This document shows, piece by piece, positions 26,456 through 36,678 of a stretch of DNA of 64,000 nucleotides. The first letter of the stretch is position 1; each line of letters starts with the position of its first letter. The notes under the pieces are model-generated. The model ran no database searches, was not told the DNA's origin, and saw nothing but the letters and a program-made list of their open reading frames with translations. The position numbers and the translations under genes were made by a program. Source of the stretch: Balanoglossus misakiensis (taxonomy: Eukaryota > Animalia > Hemichordata); NCBI GenBank assembly GCA_040954595.2, contig CM082589.2:12040894-12104893 (forward strand). Reading direction: 5' to 3'.

Positions 26456-26911
26456 AAACCCCGGTGCGTAAAAGGCCGGGGATTCGGATTAACGTGTGTT
26501 TGTATAGTTGTTTATTTGGGAGTGGTCATCGTGCATAACAACTGTGTAATTGATCTCATGTACATTGAAAATAATTGAACACTTTACAACTCCATGCGAT
26601 TGACAGCTGTTTGAATTGCGTGGCCATTGTTTCCCAGGGACGCGATCCATTGTTCTGAAAAGCACTGAAACCAGATTTCTCCCAAAATCATCGTTGTTTC
26701 CAAAGCTCGTTTACTTTTTCGTCGATAACTTTATGTTGTGTGTGTTTATAAAGCCAACTACTGTCGTTGTGTGGTGTAATTCTGTATGCTTGGACCTGTT
26801 TGGGCCAATTTTCATAGAGCCGAGATCGTTGGTATTGTCTGTTGTCAGTCAAACGGCATTAAGATTCGCCACTGATTTGGGGGGGGCTTTTTATACCCTG
26901 CACCGGGGTTT
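26456..26911. mobile_element. MITE with aaaccccggtgc TIRs
   Basis: aaaccccggtgc...gcaccggggttt; superfamily not determined. Confidence 0.6.
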
Positions 26912-27329
26912 ATGGACTGCAAACTTGTGCCAGTATTTAGCAGTATTTATTTTCTGTCATATGCAGAACAAGTGATAATCTCTAGCCTTTTACTTAGATA
27001 TTTCCACAGGCTGGATAATGTTATTTCTGATGGATTTGATTTGGTTCTGTTTGTGGAATCATGAACATGAAAAGGGGACAACTTCAATATCAGACACGAA
27101 TCAAACACACCTTTTTTTCAACAAGCTTCCTGAGGAAAATAAACTCTTGTAACACAGCAACCGGGAAAGTTACAATACATACGGAGCTTTAGCCTTTACA
27201 ATACAAGCTTATGTGATCCAGGAATGTAAAAACGCCTTCATAATAATGCAGATAACATTTACCAGTATGCCCTTTTCTGATTTTGGATATATTACAAAGT
27301 AAATGGCAATATTTTTATTCACACTGCAG

Positions 27330-27491
27330 GGAGGTATCACTGGTGATAAACTGTCCTACAAGTTGTTGACTGCTGTGTTTGAGAGCATTGCTACAAAGAC
27401 AGGCAACTCACTTATCGCTGCCCATCTTTCACCAACCCCACATGAACTGGCTACCAGACTCCTAGGGCTGACTTTCCTACAGGCTAATCAG
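27330..27491 (+). pseudogene. PRKDC: PRKDC fragment exon f
   Basis: GGITGDKLSYKLLTAVFESIA...ELATRLLGLTF, aligns to ELLSLVYKGIA...QLASGLLELAF. Confidence 0.85.
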
Positions 27492-27524
27492 GTAATGATA
27501 TTCAGAAGTAAAGAAACTCATTGC

Positions 27525-27760
27525 CTTACCCTGGAGTACATTTCTAACATGGTTAATCAATATACCCCTTCTCGCAACTTAAGGTCTCAGGAAAAGAACC
27601 TTCTGACAACAACACAGTACAAGCAAGTCAATTGTGGACGTGCATTTTCTTATGCTACTGCAAAGCTATGGAACTGACAGCTTAATGAGATTTGACTAAC
27701 ACCCAATCTTGAGTCTTATTAGATAAAACTGAAGACATATTTGTTTGAAATAGCCTACAG
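27525..27760 (+). mobile_element. CR1/L2-type LINE 3' fragment
   Basis: YTPSRNLRS...GRAFSYATAKLWN...LKTYLFEIAY. Confidence 0.8.
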
Positions 27761-27830
27761 TGTGTGAACAACCATTGGCCGCCACTGAACAGTACATCGG
27801 GATATTACCGCCATATAAATGTTTTTGATT

Positions 27831-28480
27831 AGGTCCCATTGGTATGTACCATGGGACCTTATGGGATAGGTTGCGTCTGTATGTATGTATGTATGTATGT
27901 ATGTATGTATGCATGCATGTATGTATGTATGTATGTATGTAACAGTATGTATGTATGTATGTATGTATGTAAGTATGTATGTGTGTATGTGTGTATGTCT
28001 GTATGTCCGTCCACATCAAAAACTTAAAAAACCTCTGCGTGTATCACCTTGATATTTTGTTTGCAGATGCAGGCTGGGCTGTAGATGGGAGTTCGTTCAA
28101 ATGAAGTTGTCATTGCCAAAAATATGCAAATTAGCTGGGAAACTGTGAATTTGGTCAAAACTCAGTAACTCAAGAACTACTGGTCAGATTGCTTTACGAA
28201 GTGGTGTGTATTTACTTTATTGAGTTGTTTATATACACAGCAAATTCTTGAATGATTACATAACTGGCTTTAAAGTTTTAAAGAGACCAGCTGTTCTATT
28301 TAGTGTATGTACAGTACAAATGCCATTGGCAGCTTATGGGTCAGTCAGTGCTTGCCCATTGATCTGTCGCTATGTGTGTGTGTGTGTGTCTGTCAGTCTG
28401 TATATGTGAAAAAGTGTACTCCGGTGTACACTTTTTCTTGTGCAATTCCTCAATGGGACCATTGTGTCCTTGACACGATT
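27831..28480 (+). mobile_element. HINE/DINE-like element, GGTCCCAT family
   Basis: Same hairpin, long (GTAT)n tract and atgggacc...gtgtccttgacac end as the 19909 copy. Confidence 0.8.
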
Positions 28481-28535
28481 TTTGATTGATTGATTGATTG
28501 ATTAATTGAACTTTGTCATGTTGTTATAATATTCA

Positions 28536-29195
28536 TTATTACACCTCATGTATTATACCGTATTCATGATTGGCTGAGATGCGCTCACGTGATATAGAAA
28601 AAAAAGTGATATAACATGGCTAGAGTTGATAAAGCCCTGTCGCGTGCGCTGATATTGGCCGCTGAGTTGTTTTGGTGTTCTGCGTGCGACTTCTGCGCGT
28701 ACTAACTGTTGTTCAATGGCTTCCTTCACGATCAGTCAACTCCCGCATCTATGGCTTCAAAGCGACACATAAGCTTAATACCTGTTCAAATGGACGATAT
28801 TTTATGCAAACAGACAGTAAATACACCAAAATCGCAACCAACAGCGCAGTATCCTCAAAATTGTCTGAGTTCGAAGTAGGTATAGTTCTTGGGAGATCGA
28901 GACATTTTACATTCTCAGCAACGTACGACATATGGACGCGAGTCTACGTTCTTCTATGCTGTAGTGTATATATGTTCAAATGTTCGGCGTAATAAAATTA
29001 ATAGCACATGATGCTTGGGCAACATCACGATTTGAATCCTGCCCTCGGGCTGGTGCTCTCTAACCACAATATTGATGATACCCTCGCCTGCGGCTCGCCT
29101 GCGGCTCGGGCATCATCAATATTGTGGTCAGAGAGCACCATCCCTCATGCAGGCTTCAAATCGTGATATTGCTCTCTCTATCATGTTTTATTATT
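28536..29195. mobile_element. Hairpin-capped element, family H4 (hairpin on the right)
   Basis: ttattacacc...ggcgtaataa pair followed by a ~195 bp foldback centred on cctgcggctcg. Confidence 0.7.
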
Positions 29196-29582
29196 TATGT
29201 CTGTTATTGTTAATGTTGTTCCCTACCCTAGTGTCTCCGCACCATGGCATATCACAGCAGTGTGCCCTCTAGCCCATTTGTCACGCTACTGACTCAACAA
29301 GCTCAATGTTCACTCAAGAAAATTATCAACACCACATTCAAATGTATAGGGCTGCCTCAGAGAAATTTTTAGATATCCTTAAATTGACTCAAAGCTTTTA
29401 AAAATTGTGTTTGTTAAGGGCACACTGCACCACACAAAAGCACACCAAAGCACACCAAACCAATGAGTTTATACATGATATTTCTAGCTTTGTGTTTCAC
29501 TTTCTGGCCGTTTTTCAGTCTTGTGAACAAGATGTAATACATGTACAGTTCAAAAGAGTTTGATTTCAACTGTTCTCCACAG

Positions 29583-29832
29583 TCAAAAGAGCTTCTAAGA
29601 CGGCTTTTGAACAAGACGGCTGTCAAATCAAGTGCTGCAGAGGTCTACACAGGATATATGGGATAGCCTTCTACAGTCAGTTCAAAATACCCATCAATAC
29701 CCAGCTTGCATTGCATGCACAGGAAGTCACACAGACACTGATGAAGGAGGCAGTGTCAAACTCCACTGTTATTAGTACCATACTGAATGGATTGCTGGAT
29801 CACATCACCAACAATAGAGACCTTAGGAAAAA
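29583..29832 (+). pseudogene. PRKDC: PRKDC fragment exon g (frameshift)
   Basis: SKELLRRLLNKTAV / YGIAFYSQFKIPINTQL...ISTILNGLLDH; 250 bp where the phases require 3n+2. Confidence 0.9.
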
Positions 29833-29857
29833 GTAAGCTTCTCAGAATCAATTGCCA

Positions 29858-30745
29858 CTAAAATTGTGTCCCCTCGGATCTGTGAGTCACCCCAAAATAA
29901 ATCGCCCCAAAACAGACTGTTTTTGGGTGACTCGCAGTCCCTACAAACATAATTATGCTCTTAATGGTACGTGAATACGGCCAGTCCATATGTGTTTTAT
30001 AACAGACCTCATCCAACAGTAGCATAAAATCAGGACATTTCTCCACTGTCATCAAGTTGGTCTCAGGCAAAGATAAAATTGCACTTGTAGTTTTCTGGAG
30101 TGTGCATGTCTAGATGGTGCTTTCCAACCTAGCCAGGCAACAGTTTAACAGTTTTCGGAACTGTTGCCTGACAATGTAACTTTTGACTGGTAAGTCCTCT
30201 TTTGTATGTATCAGTGTGAAATTGATGCACCCTACATGACTGCACATTATACACATGTTGACTGGCTATAAGGGCATCAGCATACATCTGTAACCCAAGG
30301 GAGTGCGAGTCATCCCCAAAACAGACTGTTTCACTTGACCTTCGCCCTCGGGAAACAGTCTGTTTTGGGGGTGACTCACAGTCCCGAGGGGTGAAAGACG
30401 TATGCTGATGCCTGAAAAGCCAGTCAATATGTGTTTTGTAACACATCTCATTCGCAGCTACGCATAAGAACTCACGATACAAAAATTGTATGGTGAAATT
30501 TCTCAACTATCCTTTCCTTCGGCCGCAGATGACATCTTTGTTTGCTTTCCATATCGCACATGCCCAACATGTTGTTTTTGATGTGAGCAGGCATCATTTT
30601 TTGGAACTGATGCCCGGCGTGCAACAGTTCCAACAACTGATGGCTGATGACATCATTTTATATGGATCAGCACAAAAAGAACGCGTACTACTTGACTATT
30701 GATTAATGAATGAGAACACTGACTGTGGATGAGGTGTGTTATAAA
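29858..30745. mobile_element. Composite of two related hairpin-capped elements (family H5)
   Basis: Two foldbacks sharing ccccaaaacagactgttt; ttttgtaacacatctca...tgaggtgtgttataaa pair. Confidence 0.55.
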
Positions 30746-30897
30746 CTGATTTCATGATTAAACAAACTTCACACCCATAATTTCAAATACTAAAAAATTG
30801 CAACTGGAAAACAGAATTCCATTGTGTACACTACTTGTCATCAAACCCTACTACATCATATTAGTTTTTTGTGGATGTTCTTCAATAATTATTTCAG

Positions 30898-31033
30898 TCA
30901 AGGCATGACAGTACACGCAGCCATATTATCTAACTGGAATTTATTGAAGTCCTGGTGGAGTGATGGTGCTACTCCTGACCAGAGAAGTTCTGTTATCATT
31001 TTGCTGAAGAAACTCTTGCAGATTGATTCCAAG
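30898..31033 (+). pseudogene. PRKDC: PRKDC fragment exon h
   Basis: QGMTVHAAILSNWNLLKSWWSDGATPDQRSSVIILLKKLLQIDSK. Confidence 0.92.
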
Positions 31034-32419
31034 GTTGGTCATTTGAATCTAAATTAAGCCTGTATGGCACACCATGAAAGCCCCCTGAGCTGCCACATTT
31101 CACACATTTTTTCTACAATAAAATCTTTTCCCTATTCTTTAGAATCATCAAGCTGTTTTGCTTGTATTTGTATCAGTTTTGTACACTTTGCATGGAGGCC
31201 GATTAAATGAGTGTGTCACCTGTAACCGTATGCTTCACATACAATTTACATTTCCTAATGGTAAACTGCCTCTCTCGCTAGCTGGAGAAATGTAAATATA
31301 TTGCAGATCCTGTGGTATTACCGAGTGAAGTTATCGGTCTATGAATTTTGAATTATGTCTCCGGACAACTCATTGTGCACACTTTTATTTGTAATGTTTC
31401 AAAAAGTAAACACCCAATTAAGGTGGTTGGAAATGCTAGGGTGTCAGTTAAAATTTCATTTAAAACCACTGAATTTATATCTAAAAATGTATTTGAGAAA
31501 AATTAAAACATTGAAAAATTCTGGGCAATAAACGTGTAACAAGATATGGCTGGTTTTATGATAGCTAATTTCATACACCTGACAAGGAAGCTAGGGAGTC
31601 TTATTATCGACGGCATATAATTGAGGTTGTTTGAAAAATCTGTAAATTCTCCACTGCCACTCGATAGAACATCTTTTTACGCCAACGGAGTGAGCTCGAC
31701 TCTTGATTGGCAATGGTTGACTGCGTTACGTGCGTATGATTGACTGCCGTGTTCGACCGGTCCATGTTCAGATTCTTCCCCTGTCCTGCTCGGACTAGTA
31801 GTCTCTCTTGGCCCTGGCTGCTTGTACGTTTGACACGTTTTGCTGTAAGTCCACTTTCGGACTTAAAAATTGAAGCTTTCGCATCAATTTTTCCCCAATC
31901 GTGTCACGCTCACGGAACAGGCAAACGCATATACTCAACCAGCGATGTAGGACTCCCACAGCGACTTGTTGCTATACAAGACGCTACGCATGCGCACAAG
32001 GACGGGTTCCCCTAGCCAAGGGCATTTAAATGTAACTTGCAAACACTGATTCTTGCAATATTCAGCGATAGATAGCCTTGCTTGTACATTAAAGGCTGCC
32101 AAATTATGGACATTTTTACGCTTCTTGGGAACCCCAAAGGCCAGCGGAAAGGAGTTTGACCCAGATAAATGCGATCCTTCGCCGTGAACTGCCGCTAAAC
32201 TTTGCGTATTTCGCTACTTTTCTGCCCTTCGCCATAATGTTATGGTTTTTATTTGTGATTGAATTGGTATGCCAGATAATTTTTTTATCATGAAACTTTC
32301 AGGAAAGGCTCGGAACATCCAAAAGAACAATTTAACGGAGCAGTTTTTGCATAAATTTTCCCGGTGTGTTTTTGCAGCACGTTCAAGTTGTATACAAAAT
32401 ATCAACAAAAACTGTTTTT

Positions 32420-33430
32420 AGGTCCCATGGGTATAGGCCTATATACCATGGGACCTTATGGGATGGGTTGCGTCTGTATGTATGTATGGATGGATGGATG
32501 TATGTATGGATGTATGGATGTATGTCTGTATGTCCGTCCACATCAAAAACTTGAAAACCGCTGCGCGTATCACGTCAATATTTGGTGTGTAGGTGCAGGC
32601 TGGGCTGTAGATGGGAGTTTGTCCAAACGAAGTTGCCAGGCCCAAAAATATGCAAATTAGCTTGTAAAATGTGAAATTGATCAAAACTCTGTAAGTCAAC
32701 AATTACTGGTCAGTTTCCTTTGAAAATTTTATGTATGTACCTTTTGTCAACCTCACACCGACCTGTAAGTGTTAAATTGATATCATGGATGTTTTATTTT
32801 TTATGAATTTTTTATTAAATTTATACCTTTACTTATACCTCTATGGTTAAGCTATGTCCACACCTTATTGTGGAATTCTGGTCTGTGCAATAGTCCTGTA
32901 CAGTGACTGTCTATTGGTCAGTGAGCACAATTGGGCACATTTTTGGGCTCACCTGTAACACCTGCTTAACACATTAATTATGTGCATACCTAATTCCGGG
33001 CTAACTAATAGGGCTAGAGGTTTCGTTCTTGTGGGACATGGACCAGTATAGGGTCAAAATTTCTTGCCCAAATTTTGGGTGACCTCAGGTGACCTTTGAC
33101 CTACTTTCCTATATCTCGGCATCCAGAGCAGGTACAGACTTGGCGTTTGGAGGGTTGGGACTAAAATTGAAAAGCCAAAATATGGGTCACCTGTAACACC
33201 TGCATATCTCATTTAATTATGTGCATACCTAATTACAGGCTAACCAATAGGGCTATAGGTTTGGTTTTTGTGGAAGTATAGGGTCAAAATTTCTTGCCCT
33301 AATTTTGCATGACCTCAGGTGACCTTTGACCTACTTTTCCATATCTTGGCATCCAGAGCAGATATGATTATTGCTATGTTGCTATGTGCTATGTCCTCAA
33401 ATGGGACCACAGTGTCCTTGACGCTATATT
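32420..33430 (+). mobile_element. HINE with GGTCCCAT termini and a body shared with the large array family
   Basis: GGTCCCAT hairpin and atgggacc/gtgtccttgacgc end enclose ~240 bp ggtgacctttgacctac units and the gctatgttgctatgtgctatg tail. Confidence 0.8.
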
Positions 33431-33772
33431 TTCCTGACTGATAACTTAAAAAAAATAAGTTTATGCTGAAAATGTCCCGTACATTGCTTGAGGGGTTGCT
33501 TAATATTAAAATGAATACAAATTATTCAATAATTTGTGAAAACATGTCAAGATTCAATCAATGTTTTGTAAAATTATGAATATTTATATTTAGGCCTATC
33601 AAATTTCATAATTTTAGCAGGTATTTTTACAGTCATATTTTTCCCTCACTTTTTAGTTTGTTAACAAAAACTTGCTGCAAATTTCAAGTCATTATCTTTA
33701 TTCTAACTTGTGAAAATAAATTCACAAATATTGAGAGAATTTGCTTCAAAAATAGCCTTTCCAACCACTTAA

Positions 33773-34568
33773 AATGGGTCCCCCTGATCTTTTTGCCCGT
33801 TGCTATAGGCCTTTATAGGACACTACACTCAATTTTGATCGCAACCGTTATGAACGTCCGACAAGGGGCTTGTAACTAGTTAAAAATACACATGATTGTG
33901 TGCACACCCCCTGTCTGAGTATGGTTACGGCAGCTACCGCCCGGACATAGGCCGCCACGCTAATACGGCAAAGCAGCGGTCAGCGATAGCGTGCGCGTCC
34001 TGTAACCACAGTAACTGGATCGAACGCTAAAAATCCAATGTTTTGTACACAGAGATTTTGTACCGTTCACGAAAATCCCTAAGGCTTTTTTCACAGGCGA
34101 CGTAGGCTAGCCAAATTTGACCTGCTTGTTGAGAACGCACTTCCGCACAGTGTGACGGATCGTTTTTTCGGTTTTCGTCGTGCTAAGAAGCGATACCGGT
34201 GGAAGAGTGCGTCCAAAAACACCCAAAATCGATGACTTTTTCAGGTGTGGTACGGGTATGCTGAAATCGTAGGATACAACGATAATATTTGAAAGCAAAA
34301 TCCGTCACGATCTTCCCTGGTTCAAGCAACTAATGAATACGTATCAAGTTCGTTTTTGAGGTCACGGAATAAAAAGCCTTAGGCTTTTTGAAATTTGACC
34401 TAGCTAATTTGCATATCAATGGCGTCAGGGGGCGCGCGCTCACAATCGTGCAGATTTTCAACTAGTTACCAGCCCCTTGTTAGACTCTGAAAACGGCTTA
34501 GTCCAAATCGGGGTGTAATGTCCTACAAAGGCCCATAGCAACGGGCAAAAAGATCCGGGGGACCCATC
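33773..34568. mobile_element. TTAA MITE, copy 2
   Basis: Highly similar to 1558-2352; TTAA flanks. Confidence 0.9.
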
Positions 34569-34572
34569 TTAA

Positions 34573-34915
34573 AGGGACAAAGTCTCTCTCTCGCTGCCCC
34601 TTTTCCATTAATTATGTTTGATACAAGACACCGTTTATGTTATTGTACATTTAGATATAGTGAATCAGCGTTCAACCACACAGAACTTCCATCCTGTTTG
34701 TAGGATATGAGAGTAAAATCTCACCCAAATGAAAAAATGGTGAACACTGATTATTCATTTTGGAGAGCGTTTCCCTATCGTGCCTTCAAAAGGGATGGAA
34801 GTTGTGTGTGGTCAAACGTGATTCACTATATATCCACATGTAGAATAACATAAACGGTGTCTTGTATCAATCATAATTAATGAAAAAAGGGCAGCAAGAG
34901 AGAGACTTTGTCCCT
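34573..34915. mobile_element. Foldback MITE, copy 2
   Basis: agggacaaagtctc...gagactttgtccct; shares the TTAA with the preceding MITE. Confidence 0.85.
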
Positions 34916-35008
34916 ATAAAAGGAGTTTTTACCTTATACTTCTTTGAATTAAAGTAAAAAGAATCATTTTTGTGACACAACAGCTTTAATTTTGATTGAT
35001 ATTTTTCA

Positions 35009-35420
35009 GGATGTACGCGCAGAACATAAACCGGAAACAGTGCGCGCCCGGTCTTTTTCGCATAGGATTACATTGAAAATTGCTAGAAAACAAACTTCTA
35101 CTATTGTCATTTTCACGAAATTTTACACATAGCTCAGTCCAGCAAATATAAATTCATTGGTCAAATAAAATATAGGGGTCACCGCGCTCTATTTTTAGAT
35201 AAATTGCGTCAAAAATTTTGCCCATAGACAAACCATTGGTGAAAAATGCTGAGTCAGCAGTTTTCTTCTATTATCGACTAAATTCATGGCTCTTTATTTC
35301 AAAAACAAGCGCGGTTACCCCTATATTTTATTACGGATTTTCATTATACATACAAAGGAGAATCCAAAAATCCACAATTAAAAAAATGATAATACTTTCC
35401 ATTTTACTGAACGTACATCC
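35009..35420. mobile_element. Kolobok-like MITE
   Basis: ggatgtacg...cgtacatcc|ttaa. Confidence 0.65.
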
Positions 35421-35441
35421 TTAATGCAACAAGTGTTCTAC

Positions 35442-35599
35442 TTGTCTTCGGATCCCAAACATGTGGCTTTCAAACCAGTTTTTGAAATGTACCTGGCTGA
35501 GCTGTCAAATGCTGCCACATCACTGGCATTCAAAAGCCGTGTCTTGGATATTCTTTACTTCTTTGCAAGGTTACCACAGCCAGAACTTGCACAGCTACA
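35442..35599 (+). pseudogene. PRKDC: PRKDC fragment exon i (acceptor apparently AG to AC)
   Basis: LSSDPKHVAFKPVFEMYLAELSNAATSLAFKSRVLDILYFF aligns to [41 protein letters not shown]; preceded by gttctac; gtgagt donor. Confidence 0.85.
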
Positions 35600-35623
35600 G
35601 TGAGTACATATTTCAGGTGTTAA

Positions 35624-36405
35624 GATGAGGCACCCTTATCTTTTGGCCATTGCTGTGGGCCTTTACAGGAGAGTTGACTCGCTTTTGAACAAAACCACTA
35701 TGAACGTCCAACAAGGGGCTTGTTACTGTAGTTAAAATATGTACGATTGTGTGCACACCCTGTATCCAAGTATGGATACGGGAGCTACCAACCGGCCATA
35801 GGCCACCATGCTAGTACGGCAAAGCAATGGTCAGCGCCAGCGTGAGTATCCTGTAACCACAGTAACTGGATCAAACACTAAAATTCCACTGATTTTGTAC
35901 ACTGGATTTAGTATCGTAAAAAAAAATCCCTAAGACATTTTGTACAGGCCACGTACGCTAGTCCGATTTCACCTGTTCACAGAGAACACACTTCCGCATA
36001 GCGTGAAGGATCGATTTAGCGGTTATCAACGCACTAAGAGCGATACCGATGGAAGAGTGCGTCCAAAAACACCCAAAATCGGTGACTTGTTCAGGGGTGG
36101 TATATGTATGCTGAAATCCACAGATACAACAACCATATTCGAAAACAAATTCCTTCACGGTCTTCTCTGGTTCGAGCACCTAACAAATATGTAATCAATT
36201 TCGTTTTTGACGTCACAGACTGAAAAGTGGTAGGATTTTGAAATTTGAGTTAGCTAATTTTCATATGAATGGCTTCAGGGGGCACGCGCTCACAATTGTG
36301 CAGATTTTCAACTAGGTACCAGCCCCTTCTTAGACTGGTCCAAATCTGGGTGTAATGTCCCAAAGCGACCGATAGCAATGGGTAAAATGATATGGGTGCC
36401 CCATC
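35624..36405. mobile_element. TTAA MITE, diverged copy 3
   Basis: Collinear with 1558-2352 but more diverged; TTAA flanks. Confidence 0.85.
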
Positions 36406-36678
36406 TTAAGGATATAGAGTCATTTCAGTTAAAAAGTATTGTCATTTCTTAGGATTCTTGACTTAGTACATCATAACATGTTATTGAAATCCATATCTAG
36501 TTTAGTGAAATACAAGGCCGTGAATTTAGAGGATAAATGGATAAAATATGATCACATTTTTACAGGTACCATTTGGTATTTGTATATATATACATGTATC
36601 ATTGGGACCTTTAATAAAATTCTATTCACAAAAAAATATATTTCAGAGGTTGTCTGAACAATATGGTAGCTGATAATT

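Larger units (their letters stand above)
19486..35599 (+). pseudogene. PRKDC: Partial duplicated DNA-PKcs (PRKDC) pseudogene; nine exons of the middle HEAT region
   Basis: Consecutive exons translate collinearly with human DNA-PKcs as recalled (about aa 1230-1690): LLAALDCY/LLAALECY, CTIIVRL/CTVVVRI, DPTSLGFDMGDVEV/EPASIGFNIGDVQV, QLHKANLL/QLHRAGLL, ILNGLLD/VLNGMLD, SWW..KLLQIDS/SWW..KILQIDS. Intron phases are compatible. At least 3 stops, 2 frameshifts and 1 dead acceptor. Confidence 0.92.

Noticed and set aside
27696-28027. ORFs rich in HTYI/MYVC repeats (also ~19817 and ~32364)
   Set aside because: Translations of (GTAT)n microsatellites inside HINEs.
31400-32400. CpG-rich segment resembling a promoter or TE interior (similar case at 16300-16960)
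   Set aside because: I could not identify termini, a second copy or a coding signal.
604-35599. A functional EGF-PRKDC fusion gene
   Set aside because: Both parts carry several inactivating lesions and nothing in the sequence shows joint splicing.
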